From: Patescibacteria group bacterium
GTDB taxonomy: Bacteria > Patescibacteriota > Patescibacteriia > UBA9934 > GWF2-40-263
Reading direction: 5' to 3'
Assembly: GCA_038065075.1 (NCBI GenBank)
Contig: JBBTRQ010000023.1
Coordinates: 1-56,365 of the forward strand
Length of the DNA stretch: 56,365 bases
The notes under the pieces are model-generated. The model made no database searches, was not told where the DNA came from, and saw only the letters and a list, made by a program, of their open reading frames with translations. This document shows positions 8,585-17,304 of this stretch, piece after piece (the stretch's first letter is position 1; each line of letters starts with the position of its first letter). The position numbers and the translations under genes are program-made.

Positions 8585-10396
8585 ATGAAGCCACTCTCAA
8601 AAAACATCATCTTCGCCCTGGTGGCGGTTCTCCTCATCTCAGCCATCTTTTCGGGCTATACCCTTAATGGGAACAAGCCCGAGGAAATCGGCATGACGAC
8701 GCTGGTGGAAGAAATTCAGACAGAGTCCGTCCAGATGATCGAGATCGAAGGCTCGGAAATCACCATCACTCTGAAGGATGGCCGGGAGCAGACAACGCGC
8801 AAAGAGTCTGCTGTCGCACTCTCAGAAGAGCTCATCAGCTATGGCGTCACGGCCGACCAACTCAAGACGGCCCAGATCACCATCAAGGATCGATCCACTC
8901 GCTCGTACATCTTGGGGGTCATCCTCCCCTCGCTCCTGCCGCTGTTCCTGCTCATTTTCATCTTCTGGTTCATGTTGCGACAAATGCAGGGCGCCAACAA
9001 CAAGGCGATGTCCTTTGGCATGAGCAACGCCCGCGAGATCAAGGACACCAAACAGAAAGTCACGTTTGCGGACGTAGCCGGTGACAAAGAAGCCAAGATA
9101 GAATTGGAGGAGGTCGTCGAGTTCTTGAAGAATCCAAAAAAGTTTTCCGACCTGGGAGCGAAACTGCCAAAGGGCCTCCTGCTCATGGGTCGACCCGGAA
9201 CTGGAAAAACGCTCCTGGCTCGAGCTGTCGCTGGAGAAGCCGGCGTGCCGTTCTATCACTTGAGCGGTTCGGAATTCGTCGAGATGTTCGTCGGCGTGGG
9301 GGCGTCACGGGTTCGTGACCTCTTTGCTCGCGCAAAAAAAAGCGCCCCCTGCATCGTCTTCATTGACGAGATCGATGCCGTCGGTCGCCAGCGCGGAACG
9401 GGACTTGGTGGATCGCACGACGAGCGTGAACAGACTCTCAACCAAATCTTGGTGGAGATGGACGGGTTTGATCCCAACATCGGTGTCATCGTGATTGCCG
9501 CGACCAATCGTCCGGACGTGCTTGACCCAGCCCTTCTGCGCCCAGGTCGCTTCGACCGTCGTGTGGTCTTGGATCTTCCAGACATCAACGACCGAGAAGA
9601 GATTCTGAAAATCCACGCGAAGAACAAACCCCTGGGACCTGACGTGAACATTCGTCGGATTGCCGAGCGCACTCCAGGTTTCTCGGGCGCGGACCTCATG
9701 AACCTCCTCAACGAAGCCGCGATCCGTGCCGCACGACGCAATGACAACAAGATCATCCAAGAAGACGCAAACGACTCTGTCGAAAAAGTCCTCCTGGGCC
9801 CCGAGCGCAAGAGCTTCGTCATGAACAAGGAGGAGAAAAAGATCACGGCCTATCATGAGGCAGGCCACGCGCTGGTCGCTCACATGCTTCCCAACTGCGA
9901 TCCGGTGCACAAAGTCTCGATCATCTCCCGCGGCATGGCTGGCGGCTACACGCTCAAACTCCCGTCGGAAGACAAACGCCTGCATAAGCGAGCGGAATTC
10001 ATCGACGACATGGCGATGATGCTCGGCGGCTTCGTCGCGGAGAAGGAGACCTTCGGCGACGTCACGACCGGGGCGTCGGACGACTTGCGCAAGTGCACGG
10101 GACTCGCGCGCGAAATTGTCACACGCTACGGCATGAGCGAAACGCTGGGTCCACGCGTATTCGGGGATAGCCAAGAGATGGTGTTCCTGGGTCGCGAGAT
10201 TCACGAAGCACGCAACTACTCCGAGAAGACCGCCGAAGCCATCGACCAAGAAATTGAAAAGCTGGTGAATAGCGCGATGGAGACAGCCCGTGATATCATG
10301 AGAACGCAAAAACCAAAGCTCGACCGGATCGCACAGAAACTTCTGGAGGCCGAGACGATTGAGAAAGAAGCGTTCGAAGAATTGTTAAAGCAATAG
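8585..10396 (+). CDS. ftsH: ATP-dependent zinc metalloprotease FtsH
   Basis: Walker [26 protein letters not shown] region, HEAGHAL zinc motif, and two N-terminal TM helices. Confidence 0.95.
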   Translation: MKPLSKNIIFALVAVLLISAIFSGYTLNGNKPEEIGMTTLVEEIQTESVQMIEIEGSEITITLKDGREQTTRKESAVALSEELISYGVTADQLKTAQITIKDRSTRSYILGVILPSLLPLFLLIFIFWFMLRQMQGANNKAMSFGMSNAREIKDTKQKVTFADVAGDKEAKIELEEVVEFLKNPKKFSDLGAKLPKGLLLMGRPGTGKTLLARAVAGEAGVPFYHLSGSEFVEMFVGVGASRVRDLFARAKKSAPCIVFIDEIDAVGRQRGTGLGGSHDEREQTLNQILVEMDGFDPNIGVIVIAATNRPDVLDPALLRPGRFDRRVVLDLPDINDREEILKIHAKNKPLGPDVNIRRIAERTPGFSGADLMNLLNEAAIRAARRNDNKIIQEDANDSVEKVLLGPERKSFVMNKEEKKITAYHEAGHALVAHMLPNCDPVHKVSIISRGMAGGYTLKLPSEDKRLHKRAEFIDDMAMMLGGFVAEKETFGDVTTGASDDLRKCTGLAREIVTRYGMSETLGPRVFGDSQEMVFLGREIHEARNYSEKTAEAIDQEIEKLVNSAMETARDIMRTQKPKLDRIAQKLLEAETIEKEAFEELLKQ

Positions 10397-10419
10397 GTCC
10401 TAGAGGGCCTATAGGACCT

Positions 10420-11409
10420 ATGTCAGGAGGGAAAAAATCCACAATGCTCTACCGTCCGTTTTTGCGTGAGGCTTGGCGTCTCACGTGGGAGCACAAGAGC
10501 TTGTGGATTTTTGGTATCTTCGCGGCGCTCATCTCGACCGGCGGAGTGGTGGACGTGGTGTGGCGAGCGTTGGAAAAAGTCACACGAACAGAATCACTCC
10601 TAGAGAACCTGGCGGACGCATCTTTCCTGGGCTACGACGTCGCCGCAAGCTACATCGGTCAGCTCGCCGTGCTGGGACCTGAGCGGACAAGTTTCATCGT
10701 GATCGTCTCAACGCTCACGGGAATCCTTCTCATCATCATCGCTACACTTTCACAAGGCGCGCTCCTTCTGGGAATCCAAACAAAGACCCCGAAAGATCCT
10801 TATGCCCTTCGTCGAGAAGCAGGTACACATTTCTGGAGTCTGTTCCTGATCGGCGTCCTGAACAAACTGTTGATGCTCATCTTGGTCGTCCTCATGACCC
10901 TCCCGCTCCTCTTGGTCTCCCTCTCCACAAACCTCGGCCACAGCCTCCTCTTCCTCGCGCTCATGCTCCTCTTTATCCCCGCGACGATCATCCTCAACAT
11001 CGTCTACATGTTCGCGCTCATCGACGTCGTGGAAACAGACGCCCATCCCCTATCGGCCATTCACACGGGGCTGAGACTCTTTGCAAAACAATGGCTCGCC
11101 ACCCTCGAGTACGGCATTATTCTCTTCCTGCTCGTCTTTGGCGCGGGACTACTTCTCCTGATTGGGGTGAGTCTCTTGCTGGTGCCTCTCTCGATCGTCT
11201 ACGCCGCCACCCTCCTTACGGGTTCCTTCTCGTTCTTCCTCGCCTTCAACGTGGTCGCGGCGCTCCTCGTCTTTGCCATCATCCTCACTTTCGGCGGCGC
11301 GTGCGTCACCTTCCAATACAGCGCCTGGTACCACTTCTACAAACACGGCCTGCACAAGGTGCATGGAAAAAAGGTGTTCTCAAAAATCCTGCGGTTGGTG
11401 AAGCGATAG
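10420..11409 (+). CDS. polytopic membrane protein, unknown function (329 aa)
   Basis: Six or more hydrophobic segments. No catalytic motif recognised. Confidence 0.6.
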   Translation: MSGGKKSTMLYRPFLREAWRLTWEHKSLWIFGIFAALISTGGVVDVVWRALEKVTRTESLLENLADASFLGYDVAASYIGQLAVLGPERTSFIVIVSTLTGILLIIIATLSQGALLLGIQTKTPKDPYALRREAGTHFWSLFLIGVLNKLLMLILVVLMTLPLLLVSLSTNLGHSLLFLALMLLFIPATIILNIVYMFALIDVVETDAHPLSAIHTGLRLFAKQWLATLEYGIILFLLVFGAGLLLLIGVSLLLVPLSIVYAATLLTGSFSFFLAFNVVAALLVFAIILTFGGACVTFQYSAWYHFYKHGLHKVHGKKVFSKILRLVKR

Positions 11410-11450
11410 ACGCTAAAAAATCCTTTCAAGAACAGAATCATCATTCCGTC

Positions 11451-11488
11451 AAAAAACAATTCTGTCCGACCGGACACAATTGTTTTTT
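11451..11488. terminator. bidirectional intrinsic terminator
   Basis: AAAAAACAATTCTGTCCGACCGGACACAATTGTTTTTT: an A-tract, a near-perfect palindrome and a T-tract. Confidence 0.6.
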
Positions 11489-11538
11489 GATTCACTCACA
11501 GATTCACAATATTACAAATACCTACGTATGATCACAGA

Positions 11539-11572
11539 GATACAATAGTGTCCGATCGGACATTATTGTATC
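11539..11572. promoter_or_regulatory. 34-bp near-perfect palindrome (candidate operator or recombination site)
   Basis: GATACAATAGTGTCCGATCGGACATTATTGTATC has one mismatch and no flanking T-run. It shares the core TGTCCGAYCGGACA with 11451-11488. Confidence 0.35.
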
Positions 11573-11588
11573 TGGTCCGTGACACCCT

Positions 11589-11616
11589 CTCTGGACAGAA
11601 TCATCGTTTTGGTCTA
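11589..11616 (+). repeat. left direct repeat flanking GC-rich cassette
   Basis: CTCTGGACAGAATCATCGTTTTGGTCTA compared with 12179-12205. Confidence 0.8.
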
Positions 11617-11678
11617 GTCTTCCAAGTCGTTCATCGACAAACGGGCACCATTCCGGTGTCCTAGACAGGAGTGCTCCA

Positions 11679-12092
11679 ATGAAGGCTCGTCTCCCCGCCG
11701 CGCTGTCCGTTGCAATCTTCCTCTCCTTTGTTGTCTGCGGCGCTTCGGCGGTCGCGGACGACTACCCGACCTGCAGGAACGACAACTCGATCCTGCGGGA
11801 TCGCGATCAGATGATCCCGCTCGCCGAGCAGGGCTACGAATCGGCTCAGTCGAAGGTCGTGAGCTTCGACATCCAGATCCACGAGATCTGCCTGTGCACG
11901 CAGGTCGAGTGGGATCGACTCGATGCCGAGTACACCGAGACCACCATCGCCTACGCCGATGGCCGAGGCATGCCGGTTCGCCTGGCCAAGCCGGTCGTCA
12001 TCAGCCAGCCACGCCCCGAATGCGTCGCTCCCGCGAAGCGCTCGTGGCATGAGCAGGAGCCGGTGACCGAAGTGGACCCGATCGAGAACTAG
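11679..12092 (+). CDS. small secreted protein (137 aa), GC-rich cassette
   Basis: Signal peptide MKARLPAALSVAIFLSFVVCGASAVA. AGGAG lies 7 nt before the ATG. Confidence 0.6.
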   Translation: MKARLPAALSVAIFLSFVVCGASAVADDYPTCRNDNSILRDRDQMIPLAEQGYESAQSKVVSFDIQIHEICLCTQVEWDRLDAEYTETTIAYADGRGMPVRLAKPVVISQPRPECVAPAKRSWHEQEPVTEVDPIEN

Positions 12093-12122
12093 CCGCCTGT
12101 CTCTCGCCGTCCACGCCTCAGT

Positions 12123-12152
12123 CGCCCCGACTCCCTACGGGCGGCTTTTTTG
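12123..12152 (+). terminator. intrinsic terminator of cassette ORF
   Basis: CGCCC-11 nt-GGGCG followed by GCTTTTTTGTTT. Confidence 0.6.
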
Positions 12153-12178
12153 TTTCCAGGCACGACACAAAAGTCAGA

Positions 12179-12205
12179 CTCTGGACAGAATCAACGTTTG
12201 GTCTA
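12179..12205 (+). repeat. right direct repeat flanking GC-rich cassette
   Basis: CTCTGGACAGAATCAACGTTTGGTCTA differs from the left copy by one substitution and one T indel. Confidence 0.8.
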
Positions 12206-12213
12206 AGAACCTC

Positions 12214-12504
12214 TCAAAAACTCTCCTGCATGTAATCGATCACAATTGAAATAATGCGTCTCACGGTAAGATTGCAATTTTTGAAGTGAAGTTTTTCGAT
12301 CACCTCGACGCCCTCTTGCCGAATCACGTCACTGATAAGTGCGTGAATAAACGATTGCGTCGCTCCATTAATTCCATCAAAATCTATAATAATTTCCTTT
12401 CCTTTGGACACGATCGGCAGGATGTCCTTCAAGCGGATGTCCCTGGCAACATCCTTATTTTCAGCAAAAGATCCTACCAAAGAAGCGAGGCTGATAGTCT
12501 TCAT
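12214..12504 (-). CDS. STAS-like (DUF4325-type) protein (96 aa)
   Basis: IIIDFDGINGATQSFIHALISDV is the typical DUF4325/STAS-like pattern. The gene overlaps the upstream ATPase gene by 4 nt. The unit is low in GC (~40%). Confidence 0.6.
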   Translation of the reverse strand: MKTISLASLVGSFAENKDVARDIRLKDILPIVSKGKEIIIDFDGINGATQSFIHALISDVIRQEGVEVIEKLHFKNCNLTVRRIISIVIDYMQESF

Positions 12505-13568
12505 ACAAATCTTGGCTCGACTTTACGTCGAGCTTTTTTTCTTGCACGAACGGCGGCGCTGTACACTTCTCTTAATGACTCGAGTAACTGGTCAAACTCA
12601 TTTGTTGCATCCAGGGAGATATCAATGCCGACAACGGTTCCTTGCCATCGTGGTAATCCTTCCTTGACTGTGTGGCGATCATCAAATGGATCCGCGTGAA
12701 GTTGGAACGCCTGATCTTTTTTGTATTTTAACAGCTTGTACAGCGCATCCCCGCTATAAAGCACAAAGTGGGTTCGGTTCACCGCCGCAATGGACTTGGT
12801 AAAAAATAAGCCCGCACCAGCATTCCGTTCGGTTCCCCCTTCGCGGGCTGTGGTTCCGGTGATACCGGGCATAAGCGCCAGTCGGATTGCTTCTAGATCC
12901 GAATGAACGAGGTATGATTGTGAAATGGTTTTTTTGATCCCTACACCTATATCCGCGATGCCGATTCGAATCATGTTGCTTCGTGCGTGATACTGCGCCG
13001 ATAAGACTGCCCCTTGTTTTGACTGCGCATGCTCAAGTACGTTTCTCACCATTTCGCTAAAAACATATTGAATCGGCTCAGCATGCTTGGGACTCAGGTG
13101 AAGCAACGGGATAATTTCCGTAAGTACACCGACTAGCTCGCCCGTATTTCGAATCTGTCTGAGAGGAATAAAGCGACCCGCTGGTTCGTGTAATGTAATA
13201 TTCATGCCTGACTCGATACCCAAAAACTTAAACAGACCCATGCGTTCAAGATAGTGCTTTGACGTGGCCTCAAGCTTCTCACAAAAAACAGACTCATCCC
13301 GCACACCCAAACCCAAAATAGCGATCATGGACAAAACGAGCGGATGGAGGGATATCCATTTTTTGTTCGCCGTTATCTCTAGCGTTCCCGGATTCAAAGG
13401 ATCAAAACCTCTAAAAAAAGCTTCGATGTTCCCGATAAACGCACTATTAGGAAGATGTATCTTCATGTCAATAAAATACCAGGATTTTCGTTTTTCGTCA
13501 AAATATGCAAATCCCGGTAAATTTCGCATAAAGCGATCCACTTCCCTGTTGTAAGGAATAAAAGACAT
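12501..13568 (-). CDS. GHKL-superfamily (histidine-kinase-like) ATPase
   Basis: N box EMVRNVLEHA, G1 IADIGVGI, G2 GTERNAGAGLF. The start is set at MSFIPYN (ATG 13568); the track extension to 13646 runs into GC-rich foreign DNA. Confidence 0.7.
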   Translation of the reverse strand: MSFIPYNREVDRFMRNLPGFAYFDEKRKSWYFIDMKIHLPNSAFIGNIEAFFRGFDPLNPGTLEITANKKWISLHPLVLSMIAILGLGVRDESVFCEKLEATSKHYLERMGLFKFLGIESGMNITLHEPAGRFIPLRQIRNTGELVGVLTEIIPLLHLSPKHAEPIQYVFSEMVRNVLEHAQSKQGAVLSAQYHARSNMIRIGIADIGVGIKKTISQSYLVHSDLEAIRLALMPGITGTTAREGGTERNAGAGLFFTKSIAAVNRTHFVLYSGDALYKLLKYKKDQAFQLHADPFDDRHTVKEGLPRWQGTVVGIDISLDATNEFDQLLESLREVYSAAVRARKKARRKVEPRFV

Positions 13569-13653
13569 GGATCTCCTCACGCTGGAGGAGGCGAACCAGA
13601 TCACCGACATCAACGACAACACCATCTTCCGCGCGCTGGTCTCCAAGCGGTAG
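13567..13653 (+). CDS. 28-aa ORF resembling the N-terminus of excisionase/MerR-type HTH proteins (possible remnant)
   Basis: MDLLTLEEANQITDINDNTIFRALVSKR* in a GC-rich patch. It is followed by a terminator similar to that of cassette 11679-12092. Confidence 0.3.
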   Translation: MDLLTLEEANQITDINDNTIFRALVSKR

Positions 13654-13726
13654 CCCAGCCTTCCACGCGCCTCCCTCTCCAGGGCGGCTTTTTTGTTTTA
13701 TCGATTCCCTGGTAAACTAGAGCCAC

Positions 13727-13773
13727 AAAAGATTGCTTCGTCCCCCTCGAAAGCTCGGGGTCCTCGCAATGAC
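13727..13773 (+). repeat. REP-like hairpin AAAAGATTGCTTC-(GC hairpin)-CTCGCAATGAC
   Basis: The same termini occur at 38287-38340 with a different central hairpin. Both copies lie just upstream of gene starts. Confidence 0.7.
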
Positions 13774-13784
13774 GAGGAAAAATT

Positions 13785-15527
13785 ATGTCAAATGATATCC
13801 ACTCAATCGAAGACCTCCTGAAATACACCGGCGCGAATGCGGCGACGCAGACACCGTCCAAAGCCGGAGACCGTTCGACTGTCGAGAAGTTTGACGAAAA
13901 GATGCACGACGTGCGGCTCAAGGAAAAAGAGACGGAGGCACAGGCACAAGCACAGACGCTGGGAGTCTCTTACGTGAACCTCAAGGGGTTCCCGATTTCT
14001 CCAGAGGCACTGCGCCTTGTTCCTCAGGAGCGAGCCGAGGCGTTAAAGACGGTATGCTTTTTGTTTACGGGTCCTGAAATCCGCTTGGCGTCCCTCAATC
14101 CCACTGACCAAGCGGTGAAAGATCTGCTCTTCGAGTTGCAGGAGCGCCACAAAGCCAACGGTGGTGTCTACAAAATTACCGATGAAAGTTACCGCGTCGC
14201 GCTCAAGGCCTATGACACGCTCCCCAAGATCAAAGAAATCGTGAAGGGCGTGAAAGTGACCGACGACGAGCTCGAAAAATTCAAAAGCCAACTCACGGGG
14301 TACGCGGACGTCCAAAAAGTGATGGACAACGCGAGCGTCACGGACATCATGACCATCGTCATGGCCGCGGGTCTGCAATTTGGCACCTCCGACGTTCACA
14401 TCGAAGCCGAGCAGTCTAAAATTGTCGTGCGCTTCCGTGTGGATGGTGTCCTCCAAGAAGTCGCCAGCCTTCCCCACGACTTCTGGAAAAAAATCATCGC
14501 TCGCATCAAACTCATTTCCGGCCTTAAGATCAACATCACGGATCGACCACAGGATGGACGATTTACCATTTTTTTGAAAACAGGTGACACCGACGTGCGT
14601 GTCTCCACCATTCCGACCACCTGGGGCGAGTCGGTCGTGATGCGTATCTTGAAGCCCAGCGCCATCAACGTTGAATTCGAACAACTTGGTTACCGACCAC
14701 TCGCGGCCGCAAAACTCTTGAAAGAAATCGAGAAGCCACACGGCATGATCATGACCACCGGTCCAACCGGCTCTGGAAAAACGACGACGCTGTACGCGAT
14801 CCTGCGAAAACTCAACACGGCCGACGTGAAGATCATCACCTTGGAAGATCCCATCGAGTACAAACTGGAAGGCATCAACCAATCTCAGATCGAACAGTCC
14901 AGAAACTACACGTTCGCCGGAGGACTACGCTCCATCCTGCGACAAGACCCGGACATCGTGATGGTCGGAGAAATCCGTGACCTTGAAACCGCCGAGGTGG
15001 CGATCAACGCGGCACTTACGGGACACCTCATGCTCTCGACCTTGCACACCAACGACGCCGCGGGTGCCATCCCGCGCTTCATCTCCATGGGCGTCAAACC
15101 GTTTCTCCTTGCTCCCGCGCTCAACGCGATCATCGGACAACGCCTGGCTCGCAAAGTCTGCGAGAAATGTAAGGAGCTTGTGACCCTGACCCCGGAAGAA
15201 CTCGAGCTCGTCCGAAAGGTCGCCACACAAATTCCACCTGCCTCAGGCGAAAAAATTGCCCCCGAGAGCGAGTGGAAATTCTACAAAGGCAAGGGATGCG
15301 AGGTCTGCAATGGAACCGGGTATAAGGGTCGAGTCGGCCTCTACGAAATTCTCACCATGAGCGACTCCATCAAGGGCGCCCTCTCCGAATCCATTTCTGA
15401 ATACCAAGTCCGCGAGCTCGCCAAGGAACAAGGCATGACCACCATGCTTCAAGATGGCATCCTCAAGGTGCTCGACGGAGTCACAACGGTGGAGGAAGTA
15501 ACGAAAGTCGCCGGACAAGGAGAATAA
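13785..15527 (+). CDS. pilB: type IV pilus assembly ATPase PilB/GspE family (580 aa)
   Basis: Walker A GPTGSGKTTTLYA, Asp/His boxes, a CEKCKE..CEVCNGTG tetracysteine motif, and an N-terminal GspE_N-like domain. Confidence 0.85.
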   Translation: MSNDIHSIEDLLKYTGANAATQTPSKAGDRSTVEKFDEKMHDVRLKEKETEAQAQAQTLGVSYVNLKGFPISPEALRLVPQERAEALKTVCFLFTGPEIRLASLNPTDQAVKDLLFELQERHKANGGVYKITDESYRVALKAYDTLPKIKEIVKGVKVTDDELEKFKSQLTGYADVQKVMDNASVTDIMTIVMAAGLQFGTSDVHIEAEQSKIVVRFRVDGVLQEVASLPHDFWKKIIARIKLISGLKINITDRPQDGRFTIFLKTGDTDVRVSTIPTTWGESVVMRILKPSAINVEFEQLGYRPLAAAKLLKEIEKPHGMIMTTGPTGSGKTTTLYAILRKLNTADVKIITLEDPIEYKLEGINQSQIEQSRNYTFAGGLRSILRQDPDIVMVGEIRDLETAEVAINAALTGHLMLSTLHTNDAAGAIPRFISMGVKPFLLAPALNAIIGQRLARKVCEKCKELVTLTPEELELVRKVATQIPPASGEKIAPESEWKFYKGKGCEVCNGTGYKGRVGLYEILTMSDSIKGALSESISEYQVRELAKEQGMTTMLQDGILKVLDGVTTVEEVTKVAGQGE

Positions 15528-15534
15528 CAAAACA

Positions 15535-15600
15535 CCCTTCGACGGGTTCGACAGGCTCACCGTGGTGAGTTCATCGAACCACAAGCTCAGGGTGTTTTTT
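15535..15600 (+). terminator. compound REP-type hairpin plus T-run after pilB
   Basis: CCCTTCGAC..GGTTCGACAGGCTCACCGTGGTGAGTTCATCGAACC..CTCAGGG followed by TGTTTTTT. Confidence 0.5.
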
Positions 15601-16032
15601 CTATTCGATCGTGATGGTGTGACTCCCAGGCGCAGCGACAAATGAGATCGTGTGAGTCGGTGTGAATGGAGTCGGAACCGACTCTGGCCACTCGATGAAC
15701 GTCACGGTGTCGGCACGGCCGGTTTCTTCCTCCAGCGCGAGCGGCGCGATTTCTGCAGGATCGTTGATGCGGTAAAAATCGACGTGGAGAATCTGCTTGA
15801 TATCACCGTGAGATACGGAATAGCGGTTCACAAGCGTGAACGACGGGCTACGCACTGGCTCGTGGAATCCGAGCGACTCGGCGACTCCACGTACAAACGT
15901 CGTCTTGCCGCTACCTAGATCACCAGAAAGAAAAACCACTTCGCCACCGACAAGCCCGCCTGCAAACTCTGCGGCAAGTTTTTTTGTTTCCTGTTCTGAG
16001 TGAGAAAGATGTTTCATACAATTTTGTGTCAT
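15601..16032 (-). CDS. tsaE: tRNA t6A biosynthesis ATPase TsaE
   Basis: GDLGSGKTTFVRGV P-loop; the length fits the family. The true start may be MKHLSH (16017) because the first ATG lies inside a REP arm. Confidence 0.8.
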   Translation of the reverse strand: MTQNCMKHLSHSEQETKKLAAEFAGGLVGGEVVFLSGDLGSGKTTFVRGVAESLGFHEPVRSPSFTLVNRYSVSHGDIKQILHVDFYRINDPAEIAPLALEEETGRADTVTFIEWPESVPTPFTPTHTISFVAAPGSHTITIE

Positions 16033-16110
16033 CCCGAGCGACCAACGGGAGTCGAGGGATCTCTAACCGTGAGGGATCCCTCCGCTCGCTTCGCTCGGTC
16101 GGGATGACAC
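16026..16110. repeat. 85-nt compound palindromic (REP-like) element between tsaD and tsaE
   Basis: GTGTCATCCCGAGCGA...TCGCTCGGTCGGGATGACAC outer arms with a GAGGGATC/GATCCCTC inner hairpin. Confidence 0.7.
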
Positions 16111-16111
16111 A

Positions 16112-17257
16112 TCAGGCTAATCGCATATTCGGATCAGCCTTAAGCGTGAGCGGATCCACGAATTCTCCTCGAGCCGCTTTCATAAGTCCGGCCGCGCCGA
16201 TCATCGCGGCGTTATCGCCGGTGAGAGAAAGATCGGGTGCGTGAAAGGTCACCAACGGGTCGAGCTCGAAGAGTTTTTGTTTCAGCGTTTCGCGCAGAGC
16301 TCGGCTCGCTGACACGCCTCCAGACAGGATCACCGACTTGGGACTCGTCGCCTGAACGGCCTTGAGGGTCTTGTGTACCAACACGTCGACGACGGCCTGG
16401 AGGAAACTGGCAGAGATATCCGCGACGGTTACCGCACCACTGTGATCTGCGGCCTCCCTCCCACCCCCCCTAGCCCCCCCTCGGGCAGGGGGGGAACCTC
16501 GTCCTGAATCAAGATAGACTCGCACGGCGGTCTTCAACCCAGCGAAGCTGAAATCGAAATCGTCCGAGTCGATCATGGGGCGAGGAAACGCGACAAAGGC
16601 GGAATCTCCGTCACGAGCGGCCTTCTCAATCTTGGGTCCACCCGGATACTCCATCCCCAAGAGCTTCGCGACTTTGTCGAATGCCTCCCCTGCGGCGTCG
16701 TCACGTGTCATGCCCAGCAACTCGTACTTCCCATGGTCGCGCATGAGGATGAGCTCGGTGTGCCCGCCGGAGACGAGGAGGCACAGGGCGGGAAACCGAG
16801 GATTCAAACGCCCTTCAGGGCGGTCGAATGCAGACGCCCCTCCCGCCGTCGCCAAGGCTATGGCGGGCAGGAAAGGGGCTTTGAAATCAGACAGCCACAC
16901 AGAATAAATGTGTCCCTCAAGATGGTTCACGGCTACAAGAGGTTTCTTCCACGCCCACGCGAGGGTCTTGCCGAGCTCGACTCCCACACGCAGAGCCGGC
17001 ACGAGTCCCGGTCCTGCTGTCACCGCAACCGCGTCGATCCCGGTTCCATCGTGCGCGATGCCTACTTCCTGCAGGAGCGGAATGATCCACGCCGCGTGCT
17101 CGCGCGCCGCCACTTCCGGCACCACGCCGCCGTACTGGGCATGAATCTTTGCTTGGGAGGACGTGATATTTTTTTCGATCACAAACACACCATCGGTCAG
17201 CGACACGACCGCGATGGAGGTTTCGTCACAACTGGTTTCGATGGCGAGGATACGCAT
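16112..17257 (-). CDS. tsaD: tRNA N6-adenosine threonylcarbamoyltransferase TsaD, with two in-frame repeat-derived insertions
   Basis: MRILAIETSCDETS, VSGGHTELI and the Kae1/TsaD fold are present. The start is set at ATG 17257; the track ORF extends to 17308. Confidence 0.9.
   Translation of the reverse strand: MRILAIETSCDETSIAVVSLTDGVFVIEKNITSSQAKIHAQYGGVVPEVAAREHAAWIIPLLQEVGIAHDGTGIDAVAVTAGPGLVPALRVGVELGKTLAWAWKKPLVAVNHLEGHIYSVWLSDFKAPFLPAIALATAGGASAFDRPEGRLNPRFPALCLLVSGGHTELILMRDHGKYELLGMTRDDAAGEAFDKVAKLLGMEYPGGPKIEKAARDGDSAFVAFPRPMIDSDDFDFSFAGLKTAVRVYLDSGRGSPPARGGARGGGREAADHSGAVTVADISASFLQAVVDVLVHKTLKAVQATSPKSVILSGGVSASRALRETLKQKLFELDPLVTFHAPDLSLTGDNAAMIGAAGLMKAARGEFVDPLTLKADPNMRLA
16836..16879 (-). 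repeat. hairpin element copy inside tsaD coding sequence
   Basis: Sense strand GCCCCTTTCCTGCCCGCCATAGCCTTGGCGACGGCGGGAGGGGC is translated as ..FLPAIALATAGGA... Confidence 0.8.
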
Positions 17258-17304
17258 AGGAATGAAAAGGCCCCGCAGGTGCAGGGCGCGTGTTGGAGCG
17301 ACGG

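Noticed and set aside
9256-10309. Antisense ORFs of 196 and 334 aa opposite ftsH; likewise 14043-14882 opposite pilB, 24085-25233 opposite typA, 33761-34570 opposite the lipoprotein gene, and 42321-43466 opposite nrnA
   Set aside because: The sense-strand genes have unambiguous family motifs. The antisense products are low-complexity and have no recognisable motifs.
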